Shown here piece by piece: positions 1-8,842 of a stretch of 64,000 nt of DNA. The stretch's first letter is position 1. Each line of letters begins with the position of its first letter. The translations under genes were made by a program, and so were the position numbers. Where the stretch lies: contig CBDCCS010000019.1 of the NCBI GenBank assembly GCA_965214935.1, forward strand, positions 17,937-81,936, in the 5' to 3' direction. Source of the stretch: Candidatus Velthaea sp. (GTDB lineage Bacteria > Vulcanimicrobiota > Vulcanimicrobiia > Vulcanimicrobiales > Vulcanimicrobiaceae). The notes under the pieces are model-generated. The model saw only the letters and a program-made list of their open reading frames with translations. It searched no databases and was not told where the DNA came from.

Positions 1-1187
1 CGATCGCCCGTCGTTTCAAAAGCTGCGCGGCCGGCGTAAAGATTGCCGGCCGCGACGAAGGCGAACAGCGCCGCGACGACAGCGACGATCGAACGCGGCG
101 CCCGCCTGAGCCCGCCCCGCGCAAGCACCTCGGCGCCGGCGCCGAGAAATACGCCGATCGCCCAATACGACGGCAAGAAGTAACGCTCGGGATCCGATTC
201 GGCCGGATAGGCCGAGACGAAGAGCACCGGCAGCAGCGTCCCGGCCAGGATGCCGACGCCGGCAAACGGTGATTTCCGGACGACGGCGGCAATGCCGATA
301 ACCGCAATGAGCATGATCCCACCGGCAAGATCGCCGACCGCTGCTTCACCGTATCGCGCCGGCAGCTTACGCAGTGTTGCCGGATCGATCAACCGCTTGA
401 GCGCGCCCGCTGCACCGAATTCGCCGCCGCCGACCTCCGCACGAAATCCCGCCCATGTCGACGGATGGTTGGCGTCCCAGAACGGCCGGCCGGGCGGAAG
501 ACCCAGCGCCAGCGTCGGATCGCGCCGCTGCGCAAACACCGCTGCGCTTCGAAGGGGCAGATAGGCATATGCCGCCAAAACGACGGTAACGCCGACAGCG
601 AGACACAGCAGCGCGGTGCCGAGACGCGGGCGGCGGCTCAGTGCCGTGAGCACGATCCCCGGAACGAGCAGAATCATGCCGCTGTGGACGGCCAACGCCG
701 TCCCCGTCGCAAGCGCGCACGCCGCCAGCGACGCCACGGTGCCGGTCCGTTTCCAACGCAGCGCGGCCCAAAAACTTAAGCCGGCCGCCGCTAATGCGAT
801 TGCATGCACGTCGGCGTGCGTTGCATGTTCCCAAGGCACACGAGTGAACGCAAACACGAGCGCGGCGCCGGCAGCAAACACCGGCTCGACGTCGAGTTCG
901 ATCACGATTCCGGCGAGCGCCAAAGCCGCAGTGGCCATGCCGACGGCCGAAAACAGGTTCATTCGATAGGCCGGATCGCCGAACGGCACGGCGTGCGACC
1001 AACACCAGCCGAGCAGCACGTACGCCGGAAAACCCGAAGGATGCGCGATGCCCAAAATGTACGGCACCGTTTGCAATTCGCCCGTATCCCAGTACTGCAC
1101 GCCGGGACTAAGCGACGCAATGTAGACACCGAGCGGCACGCAAAACGCAACGGCACCGGCAAAAAGCGAACGAAGGCGCAGAGTCAA
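1..1187 (-). CDS. DUF2723 domain membrane protein (TMEM260/GT-C-like glycosyltransferase), runs off the window start
   Basis: Manual translation from TTG at 1187: LTLRLRSLFAGAVAFCVPLGVYIASLSPGVQYWDTGELQTVPYILGIAHPSGFPAY. WDxGE and HPxGxP motifs and many hydrophobic helices. Absent from the ORF track because there is no stop inside the window. Confidence 0.8.
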   Translation of the reverse strand, partial: MTLRLRSLFAGAVAFCVPLGVYIASLSPGVQYWDTGELQTVPYILGIAHPSGFPAYVLLGWCWSHAVPFGDPAYRMNLFSAVGMATAALALAGIVIELDVEPVFAAGAALVFAFTRVPWEHATHADVHAIALAAAGLSFWAALRWKRTGTVASLAACALATGTALAVHSGMILLVPGIVLTALSRRPRLGTALLCLAVGVTVVLAAYAYLPLRSAAVFAQRRDPTLALGLPPGRPFWDANHPSTWAGFRAEVGGGEFGAAGALKRLIDPATLRKLPARYGEAAVGDLAGGIMLIAVIGIAAVVRKSPFAGVGILAGTLLPVLFVSAYPAESDPERYFLPSYWAIGVFLGAGAEVLARGGLRRAPRSIVAVVAALFAFVAAGNLYAGRAAFETTGD

Positions 1188-1208
1188 GGGCGTGCAACTA
1201 CGGCGGTA

Positions 1209-2810
1209 ATGCAGCCGAGCCTTTCCCGCGCGCCGCGAGTCGTCGTTGCCGAGCAATTTGCCGAACAAGGTTTGGCGGTTTTACGGGAAGCGGGCATCGA
1301 CATTGATTCGCAAGTCGGCCGGTCGCGCGCCGATCTCGTTGCGGCCCTGGCCGATGCGGACGGCTTGATCGTGCGGTCGGAAACCACGGTCGATCGCGCT
1401 TTGCTCGCCGCCGGTCCAAAGCTTACGGTTGTTGCACGCGCGGGCGTCGGCGTCGACGCAATCGACGTGGATGCGGCGACCGATGCCGGTATCATCGTGC
1501 TCAATACGCCGGGCGCAAATACGATTGCCGCGACCGAGCAAACCTTTGCGCTCATGCTTTCATTGGTTCGGAAGACGCCGGCCGCCGTGCAGTCGCTGCG
1601 CGACGGTATATGGGACCGCAAGCCGTTCATCGGAACCGAACTTTTCGGCAAGACACTGGGCATCGTCGGACTCGGCCGCATCGGCGGCAATGTCGCCACG
1701 CGCGCGCGCGCATTCGGCATGACCGTGCTGACGTTCGATCCGTACATCAGCGGCGCACGCGCAGATGCCTTCGACGCCAAGCTCGTCGACCTCGATACGC
1801 TTCTGCGGAGCGCGGATATCGTGACGTTGCACGTTCCGTTGACGAATCAGACCGTGGGCATGATCGATGCTGCGAAACTTGCGCTGCTTTCACCGCATGC
1901 AATGATTATCAACTGCGCGCGCGGGGGCGTCATCGTCGAAAGCGATTTGCTTGCCGCGCTCGATGCCGGCCGGCTGGCGGGCGCGGCGATCGATGTCGTC
2001 GCGCAGGAGCCGCCGCCGGCCGACGGGACGGGAGCGCGCCTGCACCGCCATCCCAAAGTTTTTGCAACACCGCATCTAGGCGGCTCGACACGTGAAGCGC
2101 TGGAACGCATCGCGACCGAACTTGCTCACGATGTTGCCCGCGTGCTACTCGGCAATCCGGCCAACGCCGCCGTCAACGCGCCGGTTCCCGACGGTCCCGA
2201 AGCCGAACGTGTGTTGCCGTTCCTCGATGTCGCGTATCGGATGGGCCGTTTCTATCCGCAGTTCGCGCAAGAAGCCCGGTTGCCGGCGTTCGCAATGACG
2301 CTACAGGGCGAACTCGCCGATGTTCCGCCCGAGCCGCTCGTACGCGCTTTTTTGTCCGGGCTGTTGCAGGCAACGACCGACCGGCGAGTTTCGGTCGTCA
2401 ACGCCGATGCAATCGCAAACGAACTCGGCGTGCAACTCGATGCTCGCGGGGAGCGCGGCACGTCGATTTATGCAAGTTCCCTGCGCATCTCGGCCGGCCG
2501 CACGTCGATTACCGGCACTTCGGTAAGCGGCGTCGCGCGCATCGTCGAAATCGACGGGTACGAAATAGACGCTACCCCGATCGGCGCGATGCTCATTACG
2601 CAACATCACGATGTTCCGGGCATGATCGGCAAAGTCGGAACGCTGCTAGGTCAGCAGAACGTCAACATCTCGACCATGCAAGTTTCGCGCAATGCCATCG
2701 GCGGTGACGCAATTATGGTGCTCTCGATCGATCGGCCGGCTGACGATGCGACGATTGCTGCTTTGCGGACGATACCGGGAATCAACTCGGTGCGCTCGCT
2801 CGCCGTTTGA
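1209..2810 (+). CDS. serA: D-3-phosphoglycerate dehydrogenase with C-terminal ACT domain
   Basis: RAGVGVD, GLGRIG, INCARGG, TPHLGGST motifs and C-terminal HHDVPGMIGKVG ACT domain. Start moved to ATG 1209 because the upstream part overlaps the opposite-strand gene. Confidence 0.93.
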   Translation: MQPSLSRAPRVVVAEQFAEQGLAVLREAGIDIDSQVGRSRADLVAALADADGLIVRSETTVDRALLAAGPKLTVVARAGVGVDAIDVDAATDAGIIVLNTPGANTIAATEQTFALMLSLVRKTPAAVQSLRDGIWDRKPFIGTELFGKTLGIVGLGRIGGNVATRARAFGMTVLTFDPYISGARADAFDAKLVDLDTLLRSADIVTLHVPLTNQTVGMIDAAKLALLSPHAMIINCARGGVIVESDLLAALDAGRLAGAAIDVVAQEPPPADGTGARLHRHPKVFATPHLGGSTREALERIATELAHDVARVLLGNPANAAVNAPVPDGPEAERVLPFLDVAYRMGRFYPQFAQEARLPAFAMTLQGELADVPPEPLVRAFLSGLLQATTDRRVSVVNADAIANELGVQLDARGERGTSIYASSLRISAGRTSITGTSVSGVARIVEIDGYEIDATPIGAMLITQHHDVPGMIGKVGTLLGQQNVNISTMQVSRNAIGGDAIMVLSIDRPADDATIAALRTIPGINSVRSLAV

Positions 2811-3445
2811 CCGTGCGCGTCTATGTCGCCCGCCATGGCGAGACGACGTGGAATGTCGCCGGCCGTTATCAAGGGCGGCGTGAATCAACGCTGACGCCGC
2901 TAGGTGAACACCAAGCGACCGCGTTGGCAGAGGCATGCGCGCACATTGAGCCGCGCATCGAGCGGATTATCAGCAGCCCGCTGATGCGCTGCACCGCGAC
3001 GGCGGCTTTCGTTGCCGAGCGTATCGACGTTAAAGTCGAAAGCGATGAACGGCTCTTGGAGATTGCGCACGGCACGTGGGAAGGCCGGCTGCGCGACGAG
3101 ATTGCCGCCGACGATCCGGCTCTGTTCCGACGCTGGAAAGAGCAGCCCGCCGGCGTTGCTTTCGATGGTGGCGAAACGCTGGCCGACGTGCAATCGCGCT
3201 GGCGCGCTTTTGCGCAAACGTTTGACGCAGCGCAGCCGACGCTCGTCGTGACGCACGATGCGGTCGTGCGCGTTGCCATTCTCGATGCGCAATGCCGTTC
3301 GCTCGACGATTTATGGCTGATGCACGTCGAGAATGCCGGCTTTGCGGAATTCGCCGTCGCGAACGGCCGGTGGACGCTCGTACACGAAAGCCGCAACGAA
3401 CATTTGCGCGGATTGCGCGCGGCCATTGATACGCAAGCGCTGTAA
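2807..3445 (+). CDS. Histidine phosphatase (phosphoglycerate mutase-like), candidate phosphoserine phosphatase
   Basis: RHGETTWN, SSPLMRC, LLEIAHGTWEG, GGET, VTHD motifs; 4-bp overlap with serA. Confidence 0.88.
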   Translation: MTVRVYVARHGETTWNVAGRYQGRRESTLTPLGEHQATALAEACAHIEPRIERIISSPLMRCTATAAFVAERIDVKVESDERLLEIAHGTWEGRLRDEIAADDPALFRRWKEQPAGVAFDGGETLADVQSRWRAFAQTFDAAQPTLVVTHDAVVRVAILDAQCRSLDDLWLMHVENAGFAEFAVANGRWTLVHESRNEHLRGLRAAIDTQAL

Positions 3446-3791
3446 GACGGGGCGTTCCAATCATCAATGTAGCGACGCGATACGGAGCACCTTCGATACG
3501 ATCGCCGAAATTAGCTACGAATGAAAGCAAGGCCCCGCACCTGCTTGACGAGACTTCGTATCGGGTGTCCACAATAGCTTGCTGGATAATTAGAGCAATT
3601 TGTATTCCGCTAATAAAAGCGAGGCGACGGCTGATAACGTCTTGGGCCGCGTTGGTGTTTGCAACGTCGCGCCAGACGAAGCAAAGTTACGGCCTCTAGG
3701 TCACCAGCAAAGTGTTGTTAGAAGTGACAGCTCCGCATCGTATTAAACTATCGAAGCGCATCGGTGATTTCGTCCACTCGTCACCAAGCGT

Positions 3792-3825
3792 CTGACTTGT
3801 GATAATAGCATTTATCACAAGTCAG
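3792..3825. other. Putative tyrosine-recombinase crossover site (14-bp arms, 6-bp spacer)
   Basis: CTGACTTGTGATAA-TAGCAT-TTATCACAAGTCAG is a perfect inverted repeat with inner ATAA-N6-TTAT geometry as in dif-like sites; 55 bp upstream of the recombinase ATG. Confidence 0.75.
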
Positions 3826-3863
3826 CTTCCCCGACCGCCGGCGAGGTTCGAGTGTGATTACGG

Positions 3864-3877
3864 CGAACGGGTGTTCG
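3864..3877. promoter_or_regulatory. Putative LexA (SOS/Cheo) box
   Basis: CGAAC-GGGT-GTTCG matches the Gram-positive-type consensus CGAAC-N4-GTTCG exactly; 2 nt before the recombinase ATG. Confidence 0.7.
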
Positions 3878-3879
3878 TA

Positions 3880-4893
3880 ATGACCATTCTGCTGCCGGGT
3901 CTCGTGGAACCGACGGTGCGCCCTGCACGTTCGCCGCGCACCCGAACGATTGACGCCGCCGGCAACATCGACGCGCTCGTTGCTGAGCTGCGCATTGCCG
4001 CGCGTGCGGCGGCTGACACCAGTCGCGCAAAGTCGACGGAGCGCGCTTACAGCAACGACTGGCGCGACTTCTACGCCTTCGCTCGCCTCATTGGGCGGGC
4101 GCCGCATCCGGCTGAAGCGGAGACTGTGGCGCTCTACGTTACGGATCTTGCGCGCCGCGGCCGTGCGCCGGCGACGATAGCGCGCCGGCTCGTGTCGATC
4201 GCGGTCTATCATCGAGCTGCCGGATATCCGAGTCCGAGCGACCACGGGGTAGTGCGGGCCGTCGTAAGCGGTCTGCGCCGACAGCTCGATGTAGCGCAGC
4301 GGCAAAAGACGGCGCTCGAGATTAATTCACTGCGCGTCGTGCTAGCGCGGATCGCCGTTGACGTGCGCGGGTTGCGTGACCGCGCCATTCTGCTCATTGG
4401 AAGGGCGGCGGCGCTACGGCGCTCCGAGCTCGCGGCGCTCGTTGTGAACAACCTGCGCTTCGAGCCAGATGGTCTTATCCTCGAGTTACGCCAATCAAAG
4501 ACCGACCAGGATGCTTCCGGCGACGCAGTCGCGGTCCCGTTTGGCACGCATACGCAAACGTGTCCGGTACACGCCTTGCGCTCATGGCTCGCTGTCGCTG
4601 ATGGCGATGGCGCGGTCTTTCGGCAGATCGACCGGCATGGCAACATCGGCTCGAATCTTACGGCAACGGCAATCGCGTCGATAATCCGCGCGCGAACGGG
4701 GGCCGCTGGTATTGTCGGTGATTTTGCCGGCCATTCGCTGCGTTCCGGTTTTCCTACGACTGCAGCCCACGCCGGTCGGAGCGAGGCTGCTATCATGCGA
4801 CATGGTCGATGGAAAAGCGTCCAGGTTGCGCGTCGCTACATTCGTGACGGCTCGCATTGGCTTAATAACTCCGTCGCAGGCCTGGGACTTTGA
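3880..4893 (+). CDS. Cre-like tyrosine recombinase/integrase
   Basis: N-terminal STERAYSNDWRDF helix domain; catalytic R (LRRSEL), K (SKTDQ), HSLR, W (HGRWKS), Y (RRYIR). Confidence 0.9.
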   Translation: MTILLPGLVEPTVRPARSPRTRTIDAAGNIDALVAELRIAARAAADTSRAKSTERAYSNDWRDFYAFARLIGRAPHPAEAETVALYVTDLARRGRAPATIARRLVSIAVYHRAAGYPSPSDHGVVRAVVSGLRRQLDVAQRQKTALEINSLRVVLARIAVDVRGLRDRAILLIGRAAALRRSELAALVVNNLRFEPDGLILELRQSKTDQDASGDAVAVPFGTHTQTCPVHALRSWLAVADGDGAVFRQIDRHGNIGSNLTATAIASIIRARTGAAGIVGDFAGHSLRSGFPTTAAHAGRSEAAIMRHGRWKSVQVARRYIRDGSHWLNNSVAGLGL

Positions 4894-4995
4894 AAGTTTG
4901 CCCTCATCTATTACGAAATACGCTCCTGGCGACAACATACGTAGCTTTGAAACGACCGGACGCAACGTGACCCAGCAAAGCCCCGGGAGGCTGTT

Positions 4996-5577
4996 GTGGA
5001 AATCGATACATTTGAAAGTCGGTTACGTAGCATCATTAGCGATCCGACGACTTTGCGCCCATTCGTTTGCGAAGGTTCTCCTCTGGATTGCGAGGCGTTC
5101 CTCATTGGACTAAATGCCGCGACAAAGATGAAACCGAATTGGTGGGATTTTTGGGAACAAGGCAAAGGCTTCAATAAGGACAAATGGGACCAGCATTATC
5201 GTGCGGAACGTTGCTCTCAAAAAACGAAAACAGACAGAGCGAAGAAGGGACTCTCGAAAACTCGCGAGAGGATTGACCGCGTCGTAGCGGGCGCCCTTGA
5301 GGGAGCGCCACTACGTTGCCTTGAGACAAACGTTTTCTCGTTGCCCTCGGCGACCATAGCGGAGCTTAGCGGAGAGCAACGTAACACCGACGTGTTCGAA
5401 TTCTTAGTAAATGCAATTCGACCCAAAATCGTTCTCGCATATGGCGGCGACGCCTTAACCATTCTTGGTTCAAACCGACCTTTCAAGGTAGTGCCAGAGG
5501 ATCACCTTAGATCGATCCGCTATGCCGATGCAGAAGCACTTGGTCGCAGGCTTAACACATTGTGGCGCACCTTATGA
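4996..5577 (+). CDS. Hypothetical protein, probable uracil-DNA-glycosylase-superfamily fold
   Basis: FLIGLNAA (GxNP-like motif A), LETN, IRPKIVLAYG and a late His, in the order seen in UDG-like proteins; GGAGG upstream. Confidence 0.55.
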   Translation: MEIDTFESRLRSIISDPTTLRPFVCEGSPLDCEAFLIGLNAATKMKPNWWDFWEQGKGFNKDKWDQHYRAERCSQKTKTDRAKKGLSKTRERIDRVVAGALEGAPLRCLETNVFSLPSATIAELSGEQRNTDVFEFLVNAIRPKIVLAYGGDALTILGSNRPFKVVPEDHLRSIRYADAEALGRRLNTLWRTL

Positions 5578-5612
5578 GCATGCCGCTCGCTTTACGGCGC
5601 TAGCAGCGCGCA

Positions 5613-6320
5613 ATGAATCCGCAGAAAGTCGCGAAATGGGGCTTGTGGATATATGACATTAGGCAAGACGTCTGGCACCTTATGAATCGCCGACGCTGGA
5701 ATGCGGTCTTCGAGCGTGTCGTCAATTCTAATCCGCGCTTGCGCCCCGGGTTAGTGATACCGGACTATTTCAGAAATATTTATGCCGACTACGCCGTTCT
5801 TTCGGTGCGGCGGCTCGCTCGGCGCGACCAGAAATCTATTTCATTAACTGCGCTACTTGACTATCTTCGCGATAACCACACGATGCTGACTCGTGAATGG
5901 TATCGCAGCCTTTACACGCGTCCGTTGCCCGGGGGCGAAGTGTACCCTGTGCAAGTCGCGCGCGATCTAGCTGACGAGACATTTAAGCACTTTTGCGATG
6001 TCGACGCCGAAGTCGTCAGCAAGTCGATGATCGAAGCCGATTTAGCTAATATCGAGATCGCTACGCAGCGAATTCTTCACTTCAGTGACCGCTTCAAGGC
6101 TCACAAGGATAGGCGTGGCGTCGAGGGTCAGCTGCCGACGCATAACGAGCTAAATGCCGCCATCGATTCCCTTGCTGAGTGTGCTCGAAAGTACGTGCTT
6201 CTATTAACCGGCGAGAACACGCTCTCGATGACGCCGCTAGATCAAACTAACGCGATTCACGTTTTTACATTCCCGTGGATCGATGACGACCATTTGCCCG
6301 ATTTGGCAGGCCTGCTGTAG
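5613..6320 (+). CDS. Hypothetical protein, AbiU2/HEPN-like
   Basis: Predominantly helical 235 aa protein with LSVRRL..D.KSISL..LL and C-terminal DRFKAHKD, resembling the HEPN RxxxxH region of AbiU2-like proteins. Confidence 0.5.
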   Translation: MNPQKVAKWGLWIYDIRQDVWHLMNRRRWNAVFERVVNSNPRLRPGLVIPDYFRNIYADYAVLSVRRLARRDQKSISLTALLDYLRDNHTMLTREWYRSLYTRPLPGGEVYPVQVARDLADETFKHFCDVDAEVVSKSMIEADLANIEIATQRILHFSDRFKAHKDRRGVEGQLPTHNELNAAIDSLAECARKYVLLLTGENTLSMTPLDQTNAIHVFTFPWIDDDHLPDLAGLL

Positions 6321-6493
6321 GTTATACTTGGGAGAAAGGTCGACGCCTCGTCTGTTGTGTTACAGCGTGTGAGTGATCTTTACGAAGCCATGGTTCTCAC
6401 CGGAACTAAACGGCGTCCGAGCATCGAGATACAGCGTCCCCCGCTGCTCGACAAACGTAAATGACGACTCATTACCGTCGGGCTCCGCGAACG

Positions 6494-6547
6494 TGGTAAC
6501 GGCGGCCAGAAATTGACCCCCTTTTCGGCAATTACGAATTGACCCCC
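6494..6547. repeat. IS21 terminal region with two direct repeats
   Basis: Begins TG; AATTGACCCCC occurs at 6511-6521 and 6537-6547, typical of IS21 transposase-binding repeats. Confidence 0.75.
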
Positions 6548-7310
6548 GACGTTGCAGAAGGTTCGAATTCGGGCGGTGTATTTCCGCCCTTGCCTTTGCG
6601 CTGTCGTAGGCGGTGGCTCTACCCAGCGAATTGAAATACGGTTCCGTGGTTAACGAGTCGATCAATGACCGCGGCAGCGGCCATCTCGTCAGGAAATACC
6701 TGAAGCCATTTCTCAAACGGTAGATTTGTCGTTAATGCGATACTACTGCGTTCGTAGCGTGCAGAGATCACGTTGAACAGCAAATCGGTTGCTTCTCGTT
6801 CGAACGGAATGTAACCGAGTTCATCGATTAGGAGCAAGTCGATTCGGTCGAGTGAGCGAAACGTGCGTTGCAATGTCCCCCGATTTCTTCGCGTCAATGA
6901 GCTGCATTAGCAACTCTGCTGCTGTTGCGAATCGTACACGATAAACGCGAGAACAGGCAGCGATTCCGAGAGCGACAAGGCAATGGCTCTTGCCCGTTCC
7001 AGGCGGCCCGGTGAAGACAACGTTACGATGCTGATCCACGAATCGCCCATCGAAGTGCTCGAGCAATTTTGCCTTCGGCAGTTGCGCTTGCAGCGAGAAG
7101 TCAAACGCCTCGATCGTCTTTATCGTTGGGAACCGCGCGGAAGAAATGCGCGCTTTTACGCCGTTCTCTTGGCGCTTTGCAGATTCGAGTGCGGCGAGAT
7201 CGACTAGAAGAAAGTGGCTCGGAATGCTCTGCAATGAGCCGGCGATAGTTCGCAAGCATTGTTGGCAGCCGCAGAGAACGGAGATGATGTTCGAGAAGTG
7301 CGTTGCTCAT
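6532..7310 (-). pseudogene. istB: IstB helper ATPase, two frameshifts and a premature stop
   Basis: Fragments in three ORFs: LRSLRLPTM, GPPGTGKSH Walker A, LLLIDELGY Walker B, TTNLPF, IDRLVNH. The G-E-S motif reads G*S at 6619. Confidence 0.9.
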
Positions 7311-7830
7311 GATGCCTGCTCAACGAGTTCGGCGTTCGAGTAGGCTCCAAGGTCAACATGATTTGAGATGTTGCGAACATTGGACGGAACATCGTTGAGG
7401 CTCAACTGCATGTCATTAGTCGGTCGCGTGCGTTGGCGGACGAGTAAAGCGATGGCCGATGGATCGTCCGTTCCTCGCGCCATCGCTTGGCCGACGGCCG
7501 CTTCGACGACATCGACTGGGTGGTCCTTGAGGAGCAATAGGACGCTGGTCCAGGCCTTTGTGGCGCTGCCTTCACCGCGCGAGAGGTAGCGATCGCGCAG
7601 AGTTAGGAACGTCTCCAGTATTCGACTGTCCGAAACAATTGCAGCGTTTAGTGACGCGCGGTGCTTGTGCGCAAGCACGTCAAGAGAATGCCGCAGATCC
7701 AAGTAAAATTGATCGCGACCCATCGATCGCCGGTGCTCGGCGACGGCCTTATTGTCTACGATTATGCGCAGATACGAGTCGTAGAGTTCAACGAAAGCTG
7801 AGCGATGCGCATAACTAACGGCCACGCCGC
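7307..7830 (-). pseudogene. istA: IstA transposase C-terminal remnant
   Basis: YAHR..V..Y...L.I......VAEHRRS......LDLRH.L..L..K resembles the IstA C-terminus; overlaps the istB start by 4 bp; catalytic domain missing. Confidence 0.75.
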
Positions 7831-8166
7831 GGTGCCTGCAATGGCGCGTTATCTCGATCAGGCGCCAGCGCACGGTATCGTTCCAATTCCACGGTCGACA
7901 TTTCGACGGTTTACTCGTGCTTGGAGTCGCACGGATCACCATTGCCATCATACTTTGATGGGCCGGGTGGAACCTCAACCTTGCCATCGCGGCGTGCCCG
8001 GACGAGATCACGCTGCTCGATGAACGACACGATAGATGCCGCGTTATCTTGTACGTGGTAGACCACGCCGGCACGCCGTAGCCCACCATCGACGATTCGA
8101 GTTTTCGCCGACAATGGCGTGCCGCCCGGCGCTTTTGTGCTATCATCGACTACACGAGGAAGGGTA

Positions 8167-8613
8167 ATGTTGTTGGTTTCGTTGCTCGCAGCATATGCTG
8201 CTGCCATCCTTGCTCTAGATGGGTCAGACCCGTATCGAGCTGCGGGAATTCCATGTTCATACTTTTCGTCCGCTGAGACAGGGCGACTACATATTATCGG
8301 TTATGGCTCTAACAGCGTAACTCCTTATAGCGACCCTCCTAGCGTCGTACACTTGCTACTAAGTAATGATAAAGACCGAGGGATTTTCGCAGAGCTAGTA
8401 ACTCAGCATCGGATTATCAAAAAAGCAATGATTGATGAGGCGAAAAATCCTCATTCCTACGTTCTCACCAATGTTATTGTTTCAGTTCCTGCGACGGCTT
8501 TGCGACCACCGTACGTTGAATCAGGTAATCAAGTGTTTATAACGTTAAAGGTCGGCAATTGGCGCTCAGTGCCAGCGGTTAAACCTCTCCCGCAATGGCT
8601 CAAGGACTGTTAG
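8167..8613 (+). CDS. Hypothetical exported protein
   Basis: Low-GC ORF with hydrophobic N-terminus MLLVSLLAAYAAAILA. Confidence 0.6.
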   Translation: MLLVSLLAAYAAAILALDGSDPYRAAGIPCSYFSSAETGRLHIIGYGSNSVTPYSDPPSVVHLLLSNDKDRGIFAELVTQHRIIKKAMIDEAKNPHSYVLTNVIVSVPATALRPPYVESGNQVFITLKVGNWRSVPAVKPLPQWLKDC

Positions 8614-8842
8614 CAAGTTGTAGATTGAAGTTGGTCGCTAATGCATTCAACGGCCGTCCGAACGAACGGGTCACAAATCTAAATTCGCGAAGGCAATGTC
8701 GCTCATGTTTGCGCGAAATGGTTCCTTTTAGATGCTCGCAACTTGGCGATTTCCGAGGCGGCGCCTGAACCACGCCTTCGGGCGTGAACCATGAGAGCGG
8801 CTTAACGGGCAGTATTGGCACGGCTTAGGCGCGTAGATTCCG

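Larger units (their letters stand above)
6494..7830 (-). mobile_element. Degenerate IS21-family insertion sequence (one end retained)
   Basis: istA 3' remnant, broken istB and a terminal region with tandem repeats. Confidence 0.88.

Noticed and set aside
804..1208. Long N-terminal extensions on serA (and on atpG, atpH, atpF, wecB, marR) in the ORF track
   Set aside because: They overlap neighbouring real genes and lack family similarity; downstream starts fit better.
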